Below, in pieces: positions 13,659-23,971 of a stretch of DNA of 64,000 bases. The notes beneath the pieces are model-generated. The model ran no database searches, had not been told where the DNA came from, and saw nothing but the letters and a program-made list of their open reading frames with translations. Position 1 is the stretch's first letter; each line of letters starts with the position of its first letter. The stretch lies in assembly GCA_965153285.1 (NCBI GenBank), contig OZ229113.1. One strand, given 5' to 3'. Origin of the DNA: Podarcis tiliguerta. Lineage: Eukaryota. The position numbers and the translations under genes were made by a program.

Positions 13659-13904
13659 CATGGGTAGGCAAACTAAGGCCCGGGGGCCAGATCTGGCCCA
13701 ATCGCCTTCTAAATCCGGTCCAGGAATCAGCATGTTTTTACATGAGTAGAATGTGTGCCTTTATTTAAAATGCATCTCTGGATTATTTGTGGGGCATAGG
13801 AATTCATTCATTCCCCCCCCCCCAAAAAAAAATATAGTCCGGCCCCCCACAAGGTCTGAGGGACAGTGGACCGGCCCCCTGCTGAAAACATTTGTTGACC
13901 CCTG
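13659..13904. mobile_element. hAT (Charlie-like) non-autonomous element
   Basis: CATGGGTAGGCAAACT...TTTGTTGACCCCTG; inverted homolog at 45765-46005. Confidence 0.8.
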
Positions 13905-15325
13905 GGCTACATTATTGTCAAGACCTAGTAGAATGCACAGTAATGGTGGATTAGTGGTGGATTTATTTTGCTTTATTCTCCAATGCTTCCCCAAGTTATT
14001 GCCATCTGGAGGGGTATAGCACAAGAAAAGTGAGACAAAAGAAAGAAAAAAAAGACCAAAACATTTGTGGTGTAGAAAGTCGTGGGATTTCATCAGGAAG
14101 TTATGGGATGTGCACTGATTGGACATGAAGCAGTAGGACTGCCCCAAAACCTTTGCGGGTGCAAACAGTATTAAAAGTGGGGTTTGCTTATGACCACCCC
14201 AATAGCATCATGAGCACAAATTATCATGCATGCACAATAAAAAAGGATGTCTGAAGGACCTCTATATTGAGAAACACAGTCTGCAAAACAGAGGAATGCA
14301 ACTATTTGGCTAATACTGAATTCTGTGTTCATATTGGCTAGATATTTGAGGAGAGATGATAGGCAAATCCATTAGCGTCCATGAATCATAATCGAGTGAA
14401 GCAGAAGCCCTGCAAGGGAGCACTCAAGAGAAACTTTAATATTGCCTGAAATCAAAATTGAAGCTATTGTGCCCAATCATGGATCATTTATATCAAGGCA
14501 AAAAAAATCTGCATTTTTTGTATTCCTGTTCCTTTCTGCTGGTTTCCCCTGTGAAATACTAATTTATTTTGCAGATAACAGAATTTAGCTCACAGTTCTT
14601 CAGCTGAATAGCATATACGGTGATATATTCAGGCATTAGAGAAGGGACTTGCATCTAAGCTTCATGAAAATACTAGCCAGGACAACTGGAAAGAAAGGAG
14701 TCACGTTTTGACAGGAAAAAAGCAGATTGAAACTATTTGACCAACTGCAATGATTTTTAGACAGCAAAAGTTGCTGACTTACACCTCAGGGTGCTGAAGA
14801 AACCAGCAGTGAAAATATCCATTAGCATTTGGAAATCTGTGCAAAACAGTACTGTATAAAAATCTCCAGTGAAGGTGAAATAATGAACTTCTTCTTTTTT
14901 CAAGAAAAAAAGATGTGAGGATTTACAAATCAATGCCCACAACTCATTTAGAAAGTAATTTGATTTTTAAAAAGAAAAATATATATATAATAGCATCTAG
15001 AAGAAAAACAGGCAATCACTAGAAACTCAGGGAGGTTTGAAATACAGTTAGGAGATCAGGGCAGAAAGCATTGACTACTCATTTACACATTGATCTTTCT
15101 CCAGGACTTATATCTTAAAAGTGTATTGATGACTAGCCCCTGGGCATGGTCTGAAAGTACATGCAACTAGCTGAACTGAAGCTTAAGTCTGGGACAATAT
15201 TGTTGCATGCCACCCCAATCCCCTGAGCGGCGCAAGGTTCCGGGGGTTACCCAGGGTTCAGTTTCCTCAGAATGAGAGACAGCGGTGACTGTGGTGTCTT
15301 TAGGATATATGGTTTATTTACAGAC

Positions 15326-15778
15326 ATAAAGCCATGGTTTTCCCAGTAGTGATGTATGGAAGTGAGAGCTGGACTATAAAGAAGGCTGATTGCCAAAGAA
15401 TTGATGCTTTTGAATTATGGTGCTGGAGGAGACTCTTGAGAGTCCCATGGACTGCAAGAAGATCAAACATATCCATTCTTAAGGAATCAGCCCTGAGTGC
15501 TCACTGGAAGGACAGATCGTGAAGCTGAGGCTCCAATGCTTTGGCCATCTCATGAGAAGAGAAGACTCCCTGGAAAAGACCCTGATGTTGAGAAAGATGA
15601 AGGGCACAAGAAGAAGGGGACGACAGAGGACGAGATGGTTGGACACTGTTCTCGAAGCTACAAACATGAGTCTGACCAAACTGCGGGAGGCAGTGGAAGA
15701 CAGGAGGGCCTGGCATGCTCTGGTCCATGGGGTCACGAAGAGTCGGACACGACTAAACGACTAAACAACAACAACAAC
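15326..15778 (+). mobile_element. Bov-B LINE 3' fragment (frameshifted)
   Basis: MVFPVVMYGSESWTIKKAD.QRIDAFELWCWRRLLRVPWTARRSN..., (CAA)n tail. Confidence 0.95.
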
Positions 15779-16186
15779 ATACAACCTGAGCCTAAGATGG
15801 AGGGGCTCGCAGCTTTAACACCCCAGAAGGTATTGCTTCTCCCATAGACCCAGCTTTGGATTCAAGCAGAAATCAAGCATGCCACTTACGCTCAGGTTGC
15901 TGGCTGCTTCTTGCTTCTAGCCCAGCCCAAACACACACTCTGTGGCTATTGTCCTTCTCACTACCATCCAGGTGAGAGAGGGAGCACAGAGCCACTTTCT
16001 TACACTAAGGACCCATAATCAGGGGCCATTAAACAGTGGAATGATCCATTTGGTTTTAGCTCTTGCTGGATCCAAGAATTAGAAAGGACTTGGGCATCAT
16101 TCAGCCTAACCCCCACCCAAACTCAATGGGATCCTCCATTAGATTTTAACCTTTGCTGGATCCAGGAATTAGAAAGGACTCAGGCA

Positions 16187-16301
16187 CATGGACATAGCCA
16201 GGATTTTTCTTGGGGGGTGGGGAAGAACCTCAGTTTGCTATGTATTTTTATTGAATTTTATTTAGGGGAAGGCAGCTGCCCCTCCCTTGGCTACGCCCAT
16301 G
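16187..16301. mobile_element. 115-bp hAT-type MITE
   Basis: TIR CATGGACATAGCCA...TGGCTACGCCCATG; perfect 8-bp TSD CTCAGGCA. Confidence 0.88.
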
Positions 16302-16353
16302 CTCAGGCATCATTCAGCCTAACCCCCACCCAAACTTATAACACTATGATGTA

Positions 16354-16595
16354 CAGTGGTACCTTGGGTTAAGTACTTAATTCGTTCTGGAGGTCCGTTC
16401 TTAACCTGAAACTGTTCTTAACCTGAAGCACCACTTTAGCTGATGGGGCCTCCTGCTGCTGCCACGCCGCCGGAGCATGATTTCTGTTCTCATCCTGAAG
16501 CAAAGTTCTTAACCTGAAGCACTATTTCTGGGTTAGCGGGGCCTGTAACCTGAAGCGTATGTAACCTGAAGCACATGTAACCCGAGGTACCACTT
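16354..16595. mobile_element. Tc1/mariner (Tigger-like) MITE, family A
   Basis: TIR CAGTGGTACCTyGGGTTA, preceded by TA, internal TAACCTGAAG repeats. Confidence 0.9.
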
Positions 16596-17112
16596 CAATT
16601 ACATACGTAATAGGAATAAGGGGAAAGCGCTGATTGAAACATTTCTAATACTTACTCTTGTCCATATCTAAATCATGCAAAGCTACATATCAGGTCACAG
16701 ATTCTGTTTAGAAAACAGTGGGGTCAAACTCCCACTGTTGCCTTGGAACCCAAATCTTATTGGTTTCAGGGGTTATACAGTTTATATCAACAGTAGACAA
16801 TAAACAAAGAGCGGGTTATCCAAATATTTTCTGTTTACTCTTTACCTCGGATGGTGGTCTCCCACAAAGGTCTATTGGAGATTTTTAAAATATCATGAAC
16901 ACTTTGAGTGCAATTTTCAGTTGCATTCTTCTGGAAATCCTGGTATGGCAACAACAGACGTACCCTCTTGTAGCCCTGCAGGTTTTGTATGTATTTCACA
17001 TATGCAAAGTGTTTCTTATCATATATTTGTTATAATATGTGTCATAGGTGTATGCATTTTACAAACGTGAAGCATTGCTTATTACATATATGTATATATT
17101 AAGCTTTCTTTC

Positions 17113-17305
17113 TACTTCTTCTTTGGTGATCACTCATAGCCAAGTAAGATTGTCTTCCATAAACAAGGTTTTAACAATGAGGCCATAAGTAACTGTGGAG
17201 GCCAATTCTGGATCCACGCGTCCTTCCACAGTGGGGACATTGGTTCCCTGGTGGGAGTTGATCACAGTGTGGATTTGCCAAGCGTGCCTTCCTCTTAGCA
17301 CGTTA
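17113..17305 (-). mobile_element. RTE-clade LINE 3' end (not Bov-B)
   Basis: Minus strand reads RAKRKARLANPH...QCPHCGRTRGSRIGLHSYL (degenerate C-terminal zinc finger), then a (GAA)n tail. Confidence 0.7.
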
Positions 17306-17406
17306 ATATACCTATTGTGTGTCCATTGTTAATCATCCTCAGGTGGACCAACTGAAATCAATGGATGAAGTTTCAAGTTTTAAAACACCTGCTGAAAAGG
17401 TTTCTA

Positions 17407-17647
17407 CAGTGGTACCTCGGCTTAAGTACTTAATTCGTTCCGGAGGTCCGTTCTTAACCTGAAACTGTTCTTAACCTGAAGACCACTTTAGCGAATGGGG
17501 CCTCCTGCTGCCGCCACGCCACCGGAGCACGATTTCTGTTCTCATCCTGAAGCAAAGTTCTTAACCTGAAGCACTATTTCTGGGTTAGCGGAGTCTGTAA
17601 CCTGAAGCGTCTATAACCTGAAGCGTATGTAACCCGAGGTACCACTG
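17407..17647. mobile_element. Tc1/mariner MITE, family A
   Basis: TA|CAGTGGTACCTCGG...CCGAGGTACCACTG|TA. Confidence 0.93.
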
Positions 17648-17756
17648 TATTTCGTCAGGCTTATGCAGTCCATCTTTCCATAACAGTTAGTTGGTCTTTG
17701 TTGTTTATTTCGTTCCCTAATAGTTAGCTGATTAGTTCTGATTTAAACGCTTTTAA

Positions 17757-17783
<27 letters not shown>
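17757..17783. repeat. (GT)n microsatellite
   Basis: Perfect dinucleotide run; others at 18695-18720 (CA) and 18939-18961 (TG). Confidence 0.95.
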
Positions 17784-17787
<4 letters not shown>

Positions 17788-18084
17788 AACTGTACAATTG
17801 CTCTGAACCACTCTGATAGTGCTGCAGTATATAAACCTCTTTTTTTAATAATAAAACAAACTTGCATCGATTAATTTTAATGTGTCTGTGCCCATTAGGG
17901 CTTAGTTGACTTATCACCGTGTATTGTAATATCCATTGCACACACCCACAAACACACGCCTCCTGGTTAAAAGCCCACCCTCGTTATCAACACAGGTTAA
18001 GTTTATTGAAACTTGGGTTTTACAGCGCTGCGACCAAAGAATAGGACCCTTCTCCTCCCACCCCCCCAACTCCCCTTCGGCTTA

Positions 18085-18479
18085 TGGAACCGGCGGCGAG
18101 GGAGCGAGCAAATGCGCGCGCTCCTCCTCGGCGCCCCCACAGGCCGGCGGAGGCTGCGCGGGGTTCGCTCTCCTGAAAAGCAGAGGCGCGCGCGCCGGGG
18201 CGCAGCCGGGAGGCGAGCAGCCGCCAGCTCGGTCTCCCAGCCGCCGCGCGAGGGACGCTGCGTGTTTGCCCGGTCGCCTGGCCCTGCTCCGAAGTGGCGG
18301 GAAGGCGCCGCGGCTGGCGGAAGAGTCGCTGCCTGTGGGGTTGCTGCGTGTGTTTTTTTGGCGCGCGTTTTGGGAAGGCGCCGCTTCCGACGGGGAGACG
18401 GGATAAAAGGAGGAGGCTGGTGTCGCCGGGTCGCCCTCGTGCCAGCCTCGCAGAGAAGGAAGGAAGGGACTCTTCGCAG
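18085..18479 (+). promoter_or_regulatory. CpG island; probable distal promoter/first exon, likely of SGCG
   Basis: Largest non-repeat CpG-dense block in the window; ETS-like CGGAAG/CTTCCG motifs, GATAAAA at 18402-18408, donor CAG|GTAACA at 18479/18480; no other gene nearby. Confidence 0.65.
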
Positions 18480-21400
18480 GTAACAACATTCCCCACTTCT
18501 TGTGCCCCCGAGGCACATTTGGCTCTCCTTATAACAGGGCAGTCCCAAGCACGGAATACGAGAGAGAAAGCCCCGCTGGGTTAAGAGGACGCCTACTTCT
18601 GAGTAAACGTGTTTATAGGGTTGCACCGCACGCGTGTTGCATGCATCCTGACGATGTCTTGCCATCTCTGCACCCTCCCTCTCTTTCAACCCTTCACACA
18701 CACACACACACACACACACACGCATCTCAGCAGTCCCTCCTTATTCAGCAGTCCCACAGATGGTTTATTTTATATTACAGAGCCGTAGCTACGCGGGTGG
18801 GGGGCTAGCTGTGTTTTGTGCCCCATGTGAAGCTTCCAGAGGGGGCGCCATTGAGGCTTCCAACTCTGTGTGTGTGTGCACAAATGCCAAACTGGCTTTT
18901 TGACCTGGGTTAAATAAAGCCTAGTTTCACCCCAGTTATGTGTGTGTGTGTGTGTGTGTGTATAATTATCCCACCCTTCTTCTGGGGAGCTTATTATATT
19001 TTACTTTCCCCACCTTCCTATTTTGTCCTTCATGTTGAGGTATATGGACTACTTCTAAACGTTCAGACGATTCTCCTTGGGCATACTATATGTCGAGTTT
19101 TCCCCACTCCGCTTCCCAATATCCCTTGACCATTCACACTAATCACTGTAGGAGTATCGTTTTCCCCATGGCTTAGAATCTAAACATTCGTCTTTCCTTT
19201 CGAAGCATCATGCCTTAAGTGTGCAGTGTTTCTACACCATGTCCGGAATATGAGGAGACACAGAATCTGAATGCCTGATTCTGTTGATTGAAATAATTTG
19301 ACAGAAGAGCATCTTGAGTTTAGCAGATCGCTTGGCGCAAGTATTGTGTGGCCCCCATCCTTGCATTTGTTGCACCCAGCAACAAATCATACACTCAAGC
19401 TGATTCCCACAACACGCATTCTGCCATTTGTGACATGCATGCAGCTTGTTTCCCTTGACTCATCAACTGAATATGATTTGGGTGTTTTATAACATGCATT
19501 TTCATGAATTTAGTAATTTTCTTTGCTGTTGTTTTTTTAAGTGTCCTCCATTTTGCCCAACAGAGTTAGGTAAAGTAAAATTTGTGCCCATGGTATTTGA
19601 ATCATAAATGTAATGGTTAGAAGTAATCACTGGACGTTGCAGTAATGACATGTGGGAACTCACCCATACTGCCAGAGCAAGACGAAATCAAATGTCGTTG
19701 GGGCAATAGCTGAAATCAGCACTGGTATGTGTGTTCTGAGGCAGTGGCAAAGAGCTCTTGCAGAATTTTTGAATTTAGGGAATGCTGTTTTTAAGCACTA
19801 CTTTTATAAGCATCTGAACATTCCATTTTCATATTCTCACAGCTCTCATATATTAGAATGTTAAGATTTATCGCTATGCAAGCATGTCATAAAGATTTGA
19901 TCCTATCAGGTGATCTGGATATATTTCTGTGGTGTTGCTTTGAGTGAACTACTTTACATATTCTAATAAGCATCTCTTTCATCTTTTTAGGGCTGAGTCT
20001 TCAATCAAATATTTGTTTGCCTGGTTCAAGATGTGAACTATTCACCCATCCACAATGCTCACAGATTACAATTTAATTCCAGCTCTAGCGTTTTCTTGGA
20101 CAGACTAGGTATATTCAGCTGCAAATATCTTGCTTTCAAAAATGCTTTTCCAGCCTTGACTCATATCCATCACTTCTTTCTAAATCGTGTTTTCAAACTC
20201 ACGTTGCCTATGTCTTATATGCGTAGGGCTGAATATTGGGTCGCATACCATGAGCAAAGAGATCATGGTGGGCGGATAGACTTGCCTTGATAAAACTAGC
20301 CTAAAATAGTCAAGCCGTGCCAGAAAATAATGTGGAGTCCTATTGAACTCACATCTGCACTCAAACAGTCATGGAATTAGCATGTGTCCTAACCTTAATT
20401 TATTTTTGCCACAAAGTCTTCTACTGAACACGCTTCAAATAATAATTTAAAGATGATCTACCATAGGTAGGTAGCACAAACTGGCATGGTTTCTATTCGT
20501 GGGTGATATTTAGCCAGAATATAACCTCAAGCCATTCAAAACAAAAACAGGAATTACCCAGAAATTCCTTTTTTCCTAAACTTACTGTTGCATTTTTCAA
20601 TGCTTCGTAAGAATGTATAATCACCCCATTGTTACCTGAATCGCAGGGGAGCAATTATCCTCATATTTTTAGCAATCTATAATGAAACATTTAATTGTAT
20701 CAGAAAAAGCTGGCTATTCTACAGCACGTAGATGCATTTTTCAATGCTATTGAAATATTATTGAAATACTATTGAATATTAAAGGCCTGGAACACTCACT
20801 GAAAGGCAGTTTTAATCAGCAACAGCAAACTGGTGCATTCTTATTAATTTATCTTTCATATCCATTTTTTGTGAGCACTTGATGAAATCATCTAAAGAAA
20901 TATGGGTGTAAAATTAACTTTTCTGTTCAAATCAATGGGATTTACAGTGTGCCTACTCAGAAGTTAGCCTTATCGAGTTCAGTGGTGCTTACTCGCAGGT
21001 AAGTAGGTATAGGACTACAGCTTCCAATGCTCTTAATGGTGGTTTCATTGAATGTTATCATAGAACAGTTGGATTTAGAACTATGCCCAGTGACAATAAA
21101 ATCATTCCATGTGATTCATACTTTTAATCCAGTAGAGGTCACTGTAGCTCAAGAGGCAAAACATTCAGCTAATTAAAAAGACAAACCAACCTCAGACTTT
21201 ATATCTGTTGTACTTATATTAACCTAATATTTCACTTCTGTCACCTTTTATTTTAATCAGATTATTTAAACTGCAGGGCGAGGGGATGTGTCTGCTTCAG
21301 AGCCACACCTCCCTGTCATTTCACTCTCTCTCTAGGTTAGGCTGCCAGTGCTGCTTCTGCTAAGGAAATCTGGATGCTAAGGGGCCAATTGCAGGTGGGC

Positions 21401-21514
21401 ACAGCTTTCTATAATGTGCCAGAGGACTTCACCCCAGCTGGTGTGTAGCGGGGACTATTTGTGAATCCCCAACATAGTACATCACTTCTGTAAAATGTAA
21501 TAATATTTTAAGTA

Positions 21515-22184
21515 CAGTGGTACCTCGGGTTAAGTACCATATTTTTTCGCCCTATAGGACGCACCGGCCCATAGGACGCACCTAGTTTTTTGGGGGGGAA
21601 ATAAAGAAAAAAAATGATCCCCCCCCCCAGCTGTGGGGGAAGCCCGAGCTTTTAAAAACGCACCTACCGTAGTTTTTAGAGGAGAAAAGGATATCTGCCC
21701 AAAGTGCGCGGCGCTTTGCTTCAGCGCACTCTGGGCAGCTGGCTGCTATCCGCAGCCTAGGGAGCCCTGCAGGAACTCCAGCGGGCTCCCCGGGCTTGCT
21801 GATAGCTTCCTGAAGCCTGAAGAGCGAGAGGGGTCAGTGCTCACCGACCCCTCTCACTCTCCAAGCTTCAGCGAAAGCCTGTATTCGCCCCATAGGACGC
21901 ACACAGATTTCCCCTTCATTTTTGAAGAGGAAAAAGTGTGTCCTATAGGGCGAAAAATACGGTACTTAATTCGTTCCGGAGGTCTGTTCTTAACCTGAAA
22001 CTGTTCTTAACCTGAAGCACCACTTTAGCTAATGGGGCCTCCTGCTGCTGCCACGCCGCCAGAGCACGATTTCTGTTCTCATCCTGAAGCAAAGTTCTTA
22101 ACCCAGTGTAATATTTCTGGATTAGTGGAGTCTGTAACCTGAATCGTATGTAACCTGAAGCATCTGTAACCCGAGGTACCACTG
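21515..22184. mobile_element. Tc1/mariner MITE, family A, split by a nested element
   Basis: Left TIR 21515-21536; sequence resumes at 21963 (TA duplicated) and runs to the right TIR ending at 22184. Confidence 0.92.
21537..21962. mobile_element. pogo/Tc2-type MITE (CCGTA TIR), nested
   Basis: TIR CCaTATTTTTTCGCCCTATAGGAC...GTCCTATAGGGCGAAAAATACGG; TA TSD. Confidence 0.9.
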
Positions 22185-22186
22185 TA

Positions 22187-22404
22187 CAGTGGTACCTCGG
22201 GTTACAGACGCTTCAGGTTACAGACTCCACTAACCTGGAAGTAGTACCTCGGGTTAAGAACTTTGCTTCAGGATGAGAACAGAAATCGCATGACGGCGGC
22301 AACGGGAGCCCCCATTAGCTAAAGTGGTACCTCAAGTTAAGAACAGTTTCAGGTTAAGAACGGACCTCCAGAATGAATTAAGTTCTTAACCCAAGGTACC
22401 ACTG
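22187..22404. mobile_element. Tc1/mariner MITE, family A, inverted and abutting the previous copy
   Basis: ...GGTACCACTG TA CAGTGGTACC... shared TA at 22185-22186. Confidence 0.92.
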
Positions 22405-22866
22405 TATATCCGTTAACTTTAATCACCTAATCCTATCTCCCTGATTATTTATTGGGTTGTTAAAAAAAGATTAATTCATATATACCATATATGTTAAAGT
22501 GGATAAAGGATCAGTGGCAGTGAAAGCAAAGAAGTACCTCAGATTTTCATATTAATTGGGAATGTACCAGTCCTCAATTTATGATCTAGAACTGTTAGCA
22601 AGAAGCCTCATCTCATCCTACTAGCCTTGTAGTTCCAGGCTTCAGTAAAAGAAGCACAGAATTATTATAGGGGAGGGGGGATTATAAGGGAGAAGTGAGC
22701 TATGCTTGGTAGTGTTCCCACGCCAAGTTTATGTTGTCGTTCCCCACTTACACACACACACACATTTAAACATTAGCAGTTTTCATCATCAAATGTGTAA
22801 CGTTAATGAAAAACAAAATTTAGGGCTACTGTGGAGTGAGATAATGTGCTCTCGAGCTGTTCAGTG

Positions 22867-23034
22867 CAGTGGCGTAGCGTGGGGGTGCAGGGGGGGCCGG
22901 CCGCACCGGGCGCAACATCTGGGGGTTAGGGTTAGGGGGCGCAAATCCACGGGTTAGGGGGCGCAAATCCACGGGTTAGGGGGTGCAAATTACTTGCCTT
23001 GCCTCGGGTGCTGACAACCCACGCTACGCCACTG
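22867..23034. mobile_element. hAT-type MITE with TTAGGG-containing tandem repeats
   Basis: TIR CAGTGGCGTAGCGTGGG...CCCACGCTACGCCACTG; 8-bp TSD gttcagtg/gttcggtg. Confidence 0.88.
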
Positions 23035-23289
23035 GTTCGGTGTATGGATGAGTGTAAAGTGTGCAGGATGGGGAGAGCATGGTTAGTGTCCACTGGATGC
23101 AGAGTATTAACAGTTCCAGCCTCTAGGCATGTTACTTCATGCACAGAGAGCCAGCCTGGTTGGAAGCAGCACTCGGATCTCTATTGTGCTGTGTGTGTTC
23201 TGGGCAATGCTATACTCTGAGCAAATTGTACTCAGAGTGATGCTGGCGAACCCCATACCAGACAATTGATACTGCTGATCTCCAAGAGA

Positions 23290-23510
23290 GGCAGTCCATT
23301 TTAGCGCTTTGTATATAAAGCCACTGGAAGCCGTCACCAGGAATAATGGAGTGAAGTGTCACCAATATGCAGAAGACACGCAATTCGTGTATTTCTTCTA
23401 TCTGAATTGGGAGAGGCAGCCCAGGTTCTAGACATGTGTTTGCAGACAGTGAGGGACTGGATGTGCCCCAGCAAACAAATCCTGAATCTTGAAAACAATT
23501 GTGAAAAGAC
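23290..23510 (+). mobile_element. Degraded L2-like LINE reverse transcriptase fragment
   Basis: tgtcaccaatatgcagaagacacgcaa = CHQYAEDTQ, a YADDTQ remnant. Confidence 0.6.
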
Positions 23511-23614
23511 AGCGGTGTCATGTGTTCAAAGTTCTGGCGTTCAGGAGGTGAGAAGATGGCCTGTTTTGCCTCCTAAAAGCTTCTTTTATTTATCAACAAA
23601 TAAATATTTGTATA

Positions 23615-23971
23615 CAGTGGTGCCTCGCAAGACGAAAAGAATCCGTTCCGCGAGTCTTTTTGTCTTGCGGTTTTTTCGTCTTGCGAAGCAAGCCCATTAG
23701 CGGATTAGCGCTATTGGCAGTTTAAGGGCTATTAACGGCTATTAAAGGCTTACGGGATTAGCGGATTAGCTGCTAAAAGGCTATTAGCAGTTTAGCGCTT
23801 TAGAAAAAGGGGTTGGGGAGCAGAAAAAAAACTCAAAAATTTTCGTCATTTTCGTCTTGCGAAGCAAGCCCATAGGGAAATTCGTCTTGCGAAGCGCCTC
23901 TGAAAACGGAAAACCCTTTCGTCTTGCGGATTTTCCGTCTTGCAAGGCATTCGTCTTGCGGGGCACCACTG
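23615..23971. mobile_element. Tc1/mariner (Tigger-like) MITE, family B
   Basis: TA|CAGTGGTGCCTCGCAAGACG...CGTCTTGCGGGGCACCACTG|TA; internal TTCGTCTTGCG repeats. Confidence 0.92.

Noticed and set aside
17936-18808. Overlapping 96-240 aa ORFs on both strands as protein-coding genes
   Set aside because: Low-complexity Arg/Ala/Pro translations of a CpG island and (CA)n repeats. Only the frame ending at the splice donor was kept as a hypothesis.
23615-23971. Interspersed short repeats (TTCGTCTTGCG; also TAACCTGAAG in family A MITEs) as a CRISPR-like array
   Set aside because: Irregular spacing inside TA-flanked TIR elements; these are MITE subterminal repeats in a eukaryotic genome.
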